A DNA stretch of 41,363 nucleotides from a virus: the IMG/VR virus record IMGVR_UViG_3300045988_121266; one strand, 5' to 3'. Below are positions 1 through 8,327 of this stretch, in pieces (positions within the stretch are counted from its first letter, which is position 1; the number at the start of each line of letters is the position of its first letter). The notes beneath the pieces are model-generated. The model searched no databases. It was not told the origin of the DNA and saw nothing but the letters and a program-made list of their open reading frames with translations. The translations under genes and the position numbers were made by a program.

Positions 1-497
1 ATTACGGAACACAGAATGCCACAGTTTTTCTGCTGTGGAACAAAGGAACAGACGGTGTTTGGTACTGCACCAGAGAATACTATTACTCTGGACGAGACAA
101 AGGAAGGCAAAAGACAGATGCAGAATATGCAAAAGATTTAGAAAGCTGGCTGGATGGAACAGAGATTAAAGCCGTTATCGTCGATCCGACAGCAGCTTCA
201 TTTATTGCTGAGTTGAGAAAAAGAGGATTTAGAGTAATAAAAGCAAAGAACGATGTAGAAGATGGTATCAGACTGGTGTCCACAAAGTTGAATTTGATTA
301 AAATTATCTTTTCCAATGTTTGCCAAAACACAATCAAAGAGTTCGCATCGTACATTTGGGATGCAAAGGCCGCTGAACGAGGGGAAGATAAGCCGATAAA
401 ACAATATGACCATGCAATGGACGCAGTAAGATACTTTGTATATACAATCTTTGGGGATAAACCTCGTTTAAATAGAAACCTGAAAGGAGGACTATAA
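1..497 (+). CDS. terL: Terminase large subunit, C-terminal (nuclease) part. The 5' part of the same gene is at 40402..41363 because the contig is circularly permuted.
   Basis: The frame is open from base 3 to the TAA at 495-497. It reads ...YGTQNATVFLLWNKGTDGVWYCTREYYYSGRD...AVIVDPTAASFIAELRKRGF...YDHAMDAVRYFVY. Bases 1-55 equal 41309-41363, so it continues the ORF that runs off the 3' end. The joined length is 1404 nt (467 aa). Confidence 0.9.
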   Translation, partial: YGTQNATVFLLWNKGTDGVWYCTREYYYSGRDKGRQKTDAEYAKDLESWLDGTEIKAVIVDPTAASFIAELRKRGFRVIKAKNDVEDGIRLVSTKLNLIKIIFSNVCQNTIKEFASYIWDAKAAERGEDKPIKQYDHAMDAVRYFVYTIFGDKPRLNRNLKGGL

Positions 498-498
498 A

Positions 499-1866
499 GT
501 GTTATTTCGATTGCCGTCAGAGGAAGAGCTGACAGATAACAAATTGAATGAATTCATAGCAAAACATAATGCAGAGTGCGCCTTTCGGTTCAAACATCTG
601 AAAGATGCGTATGAAACAGACTACCAGATTTTTCACCAGAAGCCGAAGCCGGATTATAAACCAGACAATCGTATTGCTGTGAACTTTGCAAAATATATGG
701 TGGATACATTTAACGGATATTTTATCGGGAATCCAATTAAGATATCTGTGGATGATGATGCTGCAGGCAACATCAAAAAATATGTGGAGCTCCTGGATCA
801 GTACAATGATCAGGACGATAACAATGCGGAGCTGTCGAAGATCTGTTGCATTTACGGAAAAGGATACGAGATGTATTACGTGGATGAACTGGGAAATATC
901 GGGATTACATATCTGACACCGTTTGATGCTTTTATGATCTATGATGATTCGGTATTGTGCAGAGAACGATACTTTGTTCGACTGTACATAGATTCGAATG
1001 ACGTTTTGCACGGTAGTGTATCCGATGCGGAGAAGGTACGTTGGTTCACCCAGAAGGGAAAGCTTATCTGGGAGGAAGAAGAAAAGATACATGGATTTGA
1101 CGGGGTGCCAGCTACAGAGTATGTGGAGAACAAGGAACGCACATGTATCTTTGAACCGGCAATCTCGATGATTGACGCTTATAACAAAGCAATCAGCGAG
1201 AAGGCAAATGATGTAGATTATTTTGCGGACGCGTACATGAAAGTGCTTGGAAGCAGGCTGGATGATGATGATTTAGAGCATATCCGCGATAAAAGGATTA
1301 TTAATCTGGAAGGAGACGCCGATACTGTTATAGTTGATTTTCTGCAGAAACCAAACGGAGATACCACACAGGAGAACTTGATTGATCGCTTGGAGAAATT
1401 GATATTCCAGATCAGTATGGTTGCGAATATCTCAGATGAGAATTTCGGTACAAGCTCTGGCATTGCTATGAAGTACAAGCTGCAGGGAATGAGCAATCTG
1501 GCCAAGACGAAGGAGAGAAAGTTTACGTCCGGAATGAATCGACGGTACAAGTTGATCTTTTCCAATCCAGTATCTGGAATGAAAGAAGATGACTGGGTGA
1601 AACTGCATTACCATTTCACCCCGAATATTCCATCGAATGTACTGGAAGAGAGTCAGATCGCCGGCAACTTGGATGGAATCGTATCACAAGAGACACAGCT
1701 TGGTGTACTGTCTGTCGTGGATAATGTGCAGAATGAGATGGAAAAAATCGAGAGCGAACAGGAAAAAGCCAAGACAGATCCTGTTATGACACAAATGTTC
1801 GGAGGTGCGGGTGATGGCAAGCCAGGAGTACTGGAAGAACCGGGAAACGGAAGCAAAGAAACATAA
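499..1866 (+). CDS. Portal protein (SPP1 gp6-like family)
   Basis: 455 aa with a GTG start 8 nt after AAAGGAGG (483-490). It lies directly after terL. The segment NRIAVNFAKYMVDTFNGYFIGNPIK and the overall layout are typical of SPP1-type portals. Confidence 0.9.
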   Translation: MLFRLPSEEELTDNKLNEFIAKHNAECAFRFKHLKDAYETDYQIFHQKPKPDYKPDNRIAVNFAKYMVDTFNGYFIGNPIKISVDDDAAGNIKKYVELLDQYNDQDDNNAELSKICCIYGKGYEMYYVDELGNIGITYLTPFDAFMIYDDSVLCRERYFVRLYIDSNDVLHGSVSDAEKVRWFTQKGKLIWEEEEKIHGFDGVPATEYVENKERTCIFEPAISMIDAYNKAISEKANDVDYFADAYMKVLGSRLDDDDLEHIRDKRIINLEGDADTVIVDFLQKPNGDTTQENLIDRLEKLIFQISMVANISDENFGTSSGIAMKYKLQGMSNLAKTKERKFTSGMNRRYKLIFSNPVSGMKEDDWVKLHYHFTPNIPSNVLEESQIAGNLDGIVSQETQLGVLSVVDNVQNEMEKIESEQEKAKTDPVMTQMFGGAGDGKPGVLEEPGNGSKET

Positions 1867-3331
1867 TATCATAGACGAAGAAGAGTATAACCGCCAGATT
1901 CAGGAAATCTATCAATCCATGATAGATGAAATCACAAAGGAAATAAATGGGTTCTATGCCAGATATGCCAAAAAAGAAGGCATTACGATGGCAGAAGCCA
2001 AAAAGCGCGCAGATAAGCTTGACATCGATGCCTATGCCAGAAAGGCAAAGAAGTACGTGGCAAAGAAAGATTTCTCGGATGAAGCGAATGAAGAGATGCG
2101 GATCTACAACCTGACTATGAAAGTGAATCGGCTAGAGCTCCTGAAGGCGAACATTGGCCTGGAGATGGTATCAGGCTTTGATGATCTTCAAAAGTATTTC
2201 GATAAGAAACTGACAAAGAGAACACTGGATGAATTCCGGAGGCAGGCGGGGATCCTTGGAAAGAGTATTATGAAAAACGAAAAGTATGCTCATGCAATTG
2301 TGAATGCATCGTTCAAAAATGCCACATATTCAGACCGTATTTGGATGTACCATGGTATGCTCAAAGCAGAGTTGGAAGGACTGCTTGCATCTGGACTGAT
2401 TAAAGGAGAGAATCCGCGTAAACTCGCTAGACATCTAACGAAGCGTTTTGGAGTATCAGCCTATAATGCTGAACGACTCATGGTAACAGAGCTTGCAAGA
2501 GTGCAGACAGAGGCTCAGAAGCAGTCTTTTATCCGTAACGGTTTTGATGAGTATGTGTATGTTGCATGCACAAAAGGCGATGTATGTCCGATTTGCAAAG
2601 GGCTGGACGATAAGCATTTCAAGGTAGATGATATGATGCCCGGTGAGAATGCTCCGCCAATGCATCCGAACTGTCATTGCAGCACAGCCGCATATATGGA
2701 TAATGAGGCTTATGAGGAGTGGATAAACAGCTATCAGGAACATGGATTGAATTTCGAAGATTGGAAGGCTTCAAGGGAAAGCGAAGAAAGTAAAAAGAAA
2801 TATAAATATGCTGATACAGTTGTGAAGAAATCACTTCTTACGTCTTCGGAGTACCGAAAGAAATTCAATCAGGTATCCGGCAATTCAAAGGTGAATCGTA
2901 GAGCATGGAACATTTCCAAGGATATGCTAAGTCATAGATCTGGTACAAAGTTTGAAGATTTGGCATTTATCAATGTAGTCAATGGGAAATATGCAGTGAA
3001 CAAAGACTATGATGTAGAGAGCAAGGCAAATATGAATAAACAAATGAAGCAGTTGCTGGAAGAATCGGAGCCAGAAACGATTATCGCAATACATAATCAT
3101 CCAGGTAGCAGCGTTCCGAGTCTTGCAGATTTGATGACTTGTGTGAAACGAGGGTACAATTTTGGACTGGTAGCTTGTCATGACGGTAAGGTGTACAAAT
3201 ATTGGGTAGATAAGAATAAATTCAATTCTGTGAATGCTGGATTTGCCCTTGACCGGATGGAAACGCAAGGGTATGATAAAGAAGTAAGAACATGGCTAGA
3301 ACAAGCAGGAGTGTATTTGGAGGTGTGGTAG
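1814..3331 (+). CDS. Minor head / head-morphogenesis protein (Mu F / SPP1 gp7 family) fused to a C-terminal JAB/MPN-like domain
   Basis: The MuF signature is NPRKLARHLTKRFGVSAYNAERLMVTELARVQTEAQ ... CPICKGLDDKHFKVDDMMPGENAPPMHPNCHCS. An extra C-terminal domain of about 180 aa carries IIAIHNHPGSSVPSLADL (3092-3130). The ORF is open from GTG 1805, but ATG 1814 is better spaced from GGAGG (1801-1805). Confidence 0.85.
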   Translation: MASQEYWKNRETEAKKHNIIDEEEYNRQIQEIYQSMIDEITKEINGFYARYAKKEGITMAEAKKRADKLDIDAYARKAKKYVAKKDFSDEANEEMRIYNLTMKVNRLELLKANIGLEMVSGFDDLQKYFDKKLTKRTLDEFRRQAGILGKSIMKNEKYAHAIVNASFKNATYSDRIWMYHGMLKAELEGLLASGLIKGENPRKLARHLTKRFGVSAYNAERLMVTELARVQTEAQKQSFIRNGFDEYVYVACTKGDVCPICKGLDDKHFKVDDMMPGENAPPMHPNCHCSTAAYMDNEAYEEWINSYQEHGLNFEDWKASRESEESKKKYKYADTVVKKSLLTSSEYRKKFNQVSGNSKVNRRAWNISKDMLSHRSGTKFEDLAFINVVNGKYAVNKDYDVESKANMNKQMKQLLEESEPETIIAIHNHPGSSVPSLADLMTCVKRGYNFGLVACHDGKVYKYWVDKNKFNSVNAGFALDRMETQGYDKEVRTWLEQAGVYLEVW

Positions 3332-3332
3332 C

Positions 3333-3515
3333 ATGGATGAAGTGTATAAAAGAATATGCGATAAATTGGGTTGTGAACCTAAAGATATTGCAATTCCGGA
3401 GTTCAATACAGAGGATGATTCATGGGAAAGCCCCTTTAAAGTATTGACTAATGAAGAAATGAATTATATAGTGAATCACGGCTGCCTGCCAGGAATTGAA
3501 CCAATTCAAAAGTAG
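3333..3515 (+). CDS. Small acidic hypothetical protein (paralogue 1 of a tandem pair)
   Basis: 60 aa with GGAGGTG 8 nt upstream. It shares the pattern Y-x-RIC-x-KLG ... EDDsW-x-sPF-x-VLT-x-EE-x-nY with the next ORF. Confidence 0.7.
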   Translation: MDEVYKRICDKLGCEPKDIAIPEFNTEDDSWESPFKVLTNEEMNYIVNHGCLPGIEPIQK

Positions 3516-3547
3516 CGATGCTGGAATGTCTTTGGAGGTGCTTTGAT

Positions 3548-3721
3548 ATGGCAGTTGATAAAGAATATGAAAGAATATGCAAAAAACTGGGATTCATTCC
3601 ATCAGAGTATAAATATGATGGACCGATAGAAGAAGACGATACTTGGGTAAATCCATTCTCGGTTTTAACTGTAGAAGAAAATGATTATCTGTATGAAAAC
3701 GGATATTTATATCAGAAATAA
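3548..3721 (+). CDS. Small acidic hypothetical protein (paralogue 2 of a tandem pair)
   Basis: The ORF is open from 3518, but ATG 3548 sits 7 nt after GGAGGTG (3534-3540). The sequence MAVDKEYERICKKLGF...EEDDTWVNPFSVLTVEENDYL parallels 3333..3515. Confidence 0.7.
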   Translation: MAVDKEYERICKKLGFIPSEYKYDGPIEEDDTWVNPFSVLTVEENDYLYENGYLYQK

Positions 3722-3759
3722 GTGTCACTAGTTAAAATGAGTAGAATGGATATGAAGTA

Positions 3760-3942
3760 ATGTGGTATGGAAAAATGACACAAGAGCTGGAAAAGCTATA
3801 TGACGATTACTACAAAATGTTCGGTCGTACTCCTGATGGATATATGGAGCTGGAATACGGAGAAGGCTCATATAAAGTGTATGTGAGAGATATTAAAAAA
3901 TCATTAAAGCTGAAAAAAGAATTGCCAGAGTTTGTAGAATAA
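3760..3942 (+). CDS. Small hypothetical protein
   Basis: 60-aa ORF co-oriented in the head-module accessory island. An alternative start is ATG 3775. No recognisable motif. Confidence 0.5.
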   Translation: MWYGKMTQELEKLYDDYYKMFGRTPDGYMELEYGEGSYKVYVRDIKKSLKLKKELPEFVE

Positions 3943-3977
3943 GTGTAAATTACTTCAAGAGTAAGGAAGTGAGATAA

Positions 3978-4311
3978 ATGGCTCAAAATGATTATTTTGT
4001 GATTGTATACCGAGTTTTAAAGTACCTTTACGATTGCCTGAAAAAAGGCGAAAAACCAGAAGCCAGAGTATTTAGTTGCATCGACGTACAATATCCCGGA
4101 AAATTATTGGATATACATTCTTTTAAGCTTGATTAACGAAGAGTATATTAAAGGGATTAGGGTTAATCATACAAAAGATGGAGTAATTTTTGGTGATTTG
4201 CAAGAAGCTATTATCACTCCAAAGGGAATAGAGTATTTATTTGAAAATTCATTGATTGAGAAAGCCAAGAAAACATTGAAAGATGTAAAAGATATGATAC
4301 CGTTTATTTAG
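3978..4311 (+). pseudogene. YjcQ-like phage protein gene split into two frames (3978..4136 and 4042/4129..4311)
   Basis: Frame 0 reads MAQNDYFVIVYRVLKYLYDCLKKGEKPEARVF...*. Frame +1 is open from 4042 and reads KPEYLVASTYNIPENYWIYILLSLINEEYIKGIRV...ITPKGIEYLFENSLIEKAKKTLKDVKDMIPFI. Together they resemble a single ~108-aa YjcQ-type protein (family recalled from memory). Both frames encode KPE at 4053-4068. Confidence 0.5.
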
Positions 4312-4379
4312 AAAAGCCACTGATCATAATGATTGGTGGTATTTTTATACTCATTTTTCTCGGAAAGGATAGATGCAAT

Positions 4380-4667
4380 TTGATTGAAGTAACCGTCCGC
4401 AAGGATGAAATAAAGATATCCGGGCATGCAAATTATGCTGTTTCCGGATCAGATATCGTGTGCGCCGGTGTAACAGCACTTGCACAGACACTGATCAAGT
4501 CCATAAAGGACCTGACAGACGATAAAATTGAATATGAGATATCTCCCGGGAGGGTGGATATAAAGTATGGGAATCTATTAGAGAAGTCGAAAACTCTGGT
4601 GGATTCCTTTTTCATTGGCATCTGTATGATTGCCGAGGAGTTTCCGGAGTATGTCCGGATCATGTAA
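4380..4667 (+). CDS. prp: Prp-like cysteine protease (ribosomal-processing protease / DUF464 family)
   Basis: IEVTVRKDEIKISGHANYAVSGSDIVCAGVTALAQTLI contains the family's GHA...G-DIVCAG-S/T-A His/Cys signature. The ORF is open from 4329. TTG 4380 follows GGAAAGGA and gives a typical ~95-aa size. Confidence 0.8.
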   Translation: MIEVTVRKDEIKISGHANYAVSGSDIVCAGVTALAQTLIKSIKDLTDDKIEYEISPGRVDIKYGNLLEKSKTLVDSFFIGICMIAEEFPEYVRIM

Positions 4668-4791
4668 CTTAATGTGACCGGGATGTCGTTAAACTACACA
4701 TTCAAGATGCAACGACCTGGGCTTAAATGAATGGGGCGGGGCGGAAAGGATAGATAAGATGAAACACATGAATAATCACTGGAGAATTCCA

Positions 4792-5433
4792 ATGAGCAAC
4801 CTGCAGTTATTTACAGAACCTGGAGGAGACGGCGGCGGATCCGGAGAAGGGAACGGTGCTGGAGCTGGGGCAGATACTGGAAATAACGGTAACACAACAA
4901 TGTCATTTGATGATTTCCTGAAGTTGGGAGGCAATCAGTCAGAGTTCGACCGGCGTGTCCAGAAGGCAATTGATACGGCTGTGACAAATGCACAGACCAA
5001 ATGGAAGACACTGACGGATGATAAGGTATCAGAAGCAGAAAAGCTCGCTCAGATGACTAATGAAGAAAAGGCAAACTATAGGGCGAAGAAAGCAGAGGAT
5101 GCTTTGGAAGAAATGAAGCGCCAGAATGCCAGATCAGACATGGCGAAAGAAGCACGTAAGATGCTGGCGGATGAGGATATCACTATTCCGGATGAATTGG
5201 TTATGAACCTTGTGGCAGAAGATGCAGATGGAACTAAGGCAGCAGTAGAAGCCTTTTCAACTATGTATAAAGAAGCGGTCCAGAAAGCAGTGAAAGATGC
5301 GTTAAAGGGGAAAGCTCCAAAAGCAGGTAATGGTGGAGATAAACCACCGATGACAAAAGAACAGATCTTAGCAGTGAAGAATCCGTCAGAAAGACAGAAG
5401 CTGATCGCTGAGAACATCACATTATTTCAGTAA
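4792..5433 (+). CDS. Capsid scaffolding protein with an L27-like N-terminal leader
   Basis: It lies immediately upstream of the capsid gene and is a charged, helical, Ala/Lys/Glu-rich protein. The ORF is open from 4759, and ATG 4792 is 6 nt after GGAGA. The N-terminus MSNLQLF/TEPGG resembles the Prp cleavage motif. Confidence 0.75.
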   Translation: MSNLQLFTEPGGDGGGSGEGNGAGAGADTGNNGNTTMSFDDFLKLGGNQSEFDRRVQKAIDTAVTNAQTKWKTLTDDKVSEAEKLAQMTNEEKANYRAKKAEDALEEMKRQNARSDMAKEARKMLADEDITIPDELVMNLVAEDADGTKAAVEAFSTMYKEAVQKAVKDALKGKAPKAGNGGDKPPMTKEQILAVKNPSERQKLIAENITLFQ

Positions 5434-5450
5434 GAAAGGAAGTATGAAAC

Positions 5451-6659
5451 ATGCATGATATTAGAAGATTAGGTCTGCAGGTATTTGCAGCACCGAATAA
5501 CCTGACAGGAGAAGTGCAGATCGAGGTAAAAGCCAGAGAGATTGACTTTGTCACATCCTTTGGTAAGAACCTGAAGGCACTGTTAGATATTCTGGGAATT
5601 ACCAGAATGATCAGAAAGGAAAACAATTCGGTATTAAAGACCAAAACGGTAAAAGGTGAACTGCAGTCAGGAGATGTTGGAGAAGGCGAAGAAATCCCGA
5701 TGTCCAGATACACAGTAGAAGAAAAGCCTTTTGATACGATCAAGATTGAAAAATATCGTAAAGGCGTATCTCTTGAAGCCATTTCGGAAAAAGGTTATGA
5801 GGCGGCAGTACAGGATACGGATGATGAGTTCAAGTCCGATCTGCAGAATGTAGTGACTGATAAATTCTACGCACAGTTAAAAGCCGGATCTCTTACAGGA
5901 CACGAAACAACTTGGCAGATGGCTGTTGCAATGGCGATCGGAAAGGTTGTGGCTAAGTTCCAGAAGATGAAGAGAACGGCAACCGGAGTAGCTGTTTGGG
6001 TAAACACTCTGGATGTGTACAAGTATCTCGGTGCAGCAGATATTACACTGCAGACTGCATTCGGCTTCAAGTATCTGACAAATTTCCTCGGAGCGGATGT
6101 TGTATTTGTTACATCTGAGGTTCCGCAGAATGTTGTAATTGCAACACCGCTCAACAACATGATTGCATATTATGTTGATCCGGGAGATTCAGAATTCGCA
6201 AAAGCAGGACTTTCGTTCACAACGGATTCAGAGACAGGATTCATTGGGTTCCATACAGAGGGAACATATAGTCGTATGATTTCCGATAACTACGCAATCA
6301 TGGGCTTACGTCTGTTCTGTGAATATTTAGATGCAATCGCATACATTTCTGTAGGCGAATCTGATACACAGACCTTAGGAACATTAAGCGTAACGTCAGA
6401 GGCTGGATCAGAAGCAGGGGATACAAAGCTGACGGTGAAAGAGCAACTGCTGTCACTAAGAAACTGCTGGAAATACAAAGATGCTGCAGCCGCAACTTCA
6501 GTAACTTACGGCATGGACGTTAAGAACTGGTCTAAGTGGGATGGTGAATCAGAGATTGCTTCGACAGCAGGGCACCATATCACACTGGTTGAATGTGATC
6601 AGAACTACAAAGCTGTTCGTTCTGGTGATGTAGCTGTAACTGTCAATCCAGGAGCATAG
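5451..6659 (+). CDS. Major capsid protein
   Basis: 402 aa, placed directly after the scaffold gene and before the connector genes. The N-terminal leader MHDIRRLGLQVF/AAPNN resembles the Prp cleavage motif. Size and position are typical of an HK97-fold major capsid protein. Confidence 0.8.
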   Translation: MHDIRRLGLQVFAAPNNLTGEVQIEVKAREIDFVTSFGKNLKALLDILGITRMIRKENNSVLKTKTVKGELQSGDVGEGEEIPMSRYTVEEKPFDTIKIEKYRKGVSLEAISEKGYEAAVQDTDDEFKSDLQNVVTDKFYAQLKAGSLTGHETTWQMAVAMAIGKVVAKFQKMKRTATGVAVWVNTLDVYKYLGAADITLQTAFGFKYLTNFLGADVVFVTSEVPQNVVIATPLNNMIAYYVDPGDSEFAKAGLSFTTDSETGFIGFHTEGTYSRMISDNYAIMGLRLFCEYLDAIAYISVGESDTQTLGTLSVTSEAGSEAGDTKLTVKEQLLSLRNCWKYKDAAAATSVTYGMDVKNWSKWDGESEIASTAGHHITLVECDQNYKAVRSGDVAVTVNPGA

Positions 6660-6672
6660 GAGGTAAGGAAGT

Positions 6673-6945
6673 ATGTATAAGGTAATCAAACATTTTATCG
6701 ATCTCCATGATAACGATCACTCTTATAACGAGGGAGATATCTTCCCTCGTGAAGGAGTAGATGTCAGCAAAGAAAGAATCGAGGAGCTGGCCGGCAGTAA
6801 CAACAAACAGCACACTCCGCTGATCGAACTTGTGGAAGAAGATCCAGACAATACAGCCGGCACAGATACTGCAGAAAAAACATCAAAAGCCGGTAAGAAG
6901 AAAGCAGAGAGTAAGATGCCGGAAAACAAAGAGCTGGCAGAGTAG
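6673..6945 (+). CDS. Hypothetical head-associated protein with an acidic/Lys-rich C-terminus
   Basis: 90 aa with the strong RBS TAGGAGGTAAGG. It lies between the capsid and connector genes. Confidence 0.65.
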   Translation: MYKVIKHFIDLHDNDHSYNEGDIFPREGVDVSKERIEELAGSNNKQHTPLIELVEEDPDNTAGTDTAEKTSKAGKKKAESKMPENKELAE

Positions 6946-6954
6946 GAGGAGCGT

Positions 6955-7284
6955 ATGATTGAAGATCTGAAAGTCTTGTTGGGACTGCCGGAAGAAATAG
7001 ACGGAGCCTTAGAAAATAAATTGCTGTTAATTTTAAAGGCTACCAAACAAAGGCTGCGTTTCCTTCTTGGGGGGTTAGAGCCTCCGGAAGAGATGAATTA
7101 TATCATTCTGGATGTGTCAATCATACGGTTCAACAGAATCGGTTCAGAAGGACTTTCCTCTCACAGTGTTGAGGGAGAAAGCCTTTCTTGGTCAGAAAAT
7201 GATTTTGCGGGATACATGGATGATATCCGGGCATATCTGGATGATCAGAAAGAATCAAAGAAAGGTAAGGTGAGATTCCTATGA
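6955..7284 (+). CDS. Head-tail connector / DNA-packaging protein (gp6-like)
   Basis: 109 aa with RBS AGGAGGAG. The N-terminus MIEDLKVLLGLPEEIDGALENKLLLILKATKQRL and its position are typical of gp6-like connectors. Confidence 0.65.
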   Translation: MIEDLKVLLGLPEEIDGALENKLLLILKATKQRLRFLLGGLEPPEEMNYIILDVSIIRFNRIGSEGLSSHSVEGESLSWSENDFAGYMDDIRAYLDDQKESKKGKVRFL

Positions 7285-7583
7285 GATATGACACACCTAT
7301 ATACTTCCAGAAACTCACCCCTGGAGAGTATGATCCGGCTACCGGTAATTACGGGGAAGACACGATATCGGAAGATATGAAGTCTGCCTCAGTCATGGAT
7401 ACCGGTACGAATACGATGATGCTTGTCTATTCCGGAATTAAGGAAGGCAGCCTTACCATTCACCTGCAGAATCATTATGACCGGCCATTTGACAGGATTC
7501 GCGTAGGGAATAAAACATATGGCGTAGATTTCAGCAGGAAGCTCCGGACGAAGCAGGTATATGTTGTGTCGGAGGTGGTGTGA
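7281..7583 (+). CDS. Head closure / head-tail adaptor protein
   Basis: 100 aa, with an ATGA overlap with the upstream gene. Size and synteny match SPP1 gp16-like head closure proteins. Confidence 0.6.
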   Translation: MRYDTPIYFQKLTPGEYDPATGNYGEDTISEDMKSASVMDTGTNTMMLVYSGIKEGSLTIHLQNHYDRPFDRIRVGNKTYGVDFSRKLRTKQVYVVSEVV

Positions 7584-7915
7584 TGGGAGTAAAGCTGATT
7601 GGTTTTGAAAAGTTGGAGGCTAAACTGACTAAAAACATGGATCTGTCTGCTGTTAAAACAGTAGTTAAGAAAAATGGAGCAGAAATGCAGAAAAAAGCTA
7701 TGAAAGAAGCTCCTGTGCTCACCCATCATTTACAAAAGTCAATTATGTTGGAAATTACAGATGGCGGCATGACTGCAGAGGTTGAATCAACAGCGGAATA
7801 TGCAGGTTATCAGGAATATGGAACGAGATTCATGAAAGGAAAACCGCATATACGCCCGGCATTTGATGAGCAGAAAGGTAAATTTAAGTCGGATTTGGGA
7901 AAACTTGTGAGGTGA
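7583..7915 (+). CDS. HK97 gp10-family tail component
   Basis: HHLQKSIMLEITDGGMTAEVESTAEYAGYQEYGTRFMKGKPHIRPAF matches the gp10-family pattern (tG-L-kSI ... YA--vE-GT). GGAGG lies at 7571-7575. The ORF is open from GTG 7580. Confidence 0.8.
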   Translation: MGVKLIGFEKLEAKLTKNMDLSAVKTVVKKNGAEMQKKAMKEAPVLTHHLQKSIMLEITDGGMTAEVESTAEYAGYQEYGTRFMKGKPHIRPAFDEQKGKFKSDLGKLVR

Positions 7916-7919
7916 TAAG

Positions 7920-8315
7920 ATGGATCCACAGCAGGAATTGTTCAGTGCTGTTTTGATGGCATTGAAAGAAAAATATGAGGATACGGGAGTTGGTGTGTAT
8001 GACACGGATTTACCGCCTGAGGATACGCCGTATCCTTTTGTTTACCTGGCGGATTGCTCCGAGAGTGATCAGGCTACAAAAAATGAGATTATCGGCGAGA
8101 CTAATCTGATGTTGAAAGTCTGGCATGATAATGTACGGCAGAGAGGAACGGTATCTGGTATCTTGGCAGATATCAAGAACATCTGCCGATCAATCGAACA
8201 TACAGAACATTATGCCTGGAATATGCAAAGGCCGACACAGAGAATCTTGCCAGATACAACAACAAAACAGCCGCTTCTTATGGGAATCCTAGAAGTGGCA
8301 TTTAAATTTAGTTAG
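7920..8315 (+). CDS. Tail completion / tail terminator-like protein
   Basis: 131 aa, placed between the gp10-like gene and the major tail gene. The call rests on synteny only. Confidence 0.55.
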   Translation: MDPQQELFSAVLMALKEKYEDTGVGVYDTDLPPEDTPYPFVYLADCSESDQATKNEIIGETNLMLKVWHDNVRQRGTVSGILADIKNICRSIEHTEHYAWNMQRPTQRILPDTTTKQPLLMGILEVAFKFS

Positions 8316-8327
8316 GAGATGACAATA

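Noticed and set aside
517-1092. 191-aa minus-strand ORF inside the portal gene.
   Set aside because: It is antisense to a confidently identified portal protein and has no RBS.
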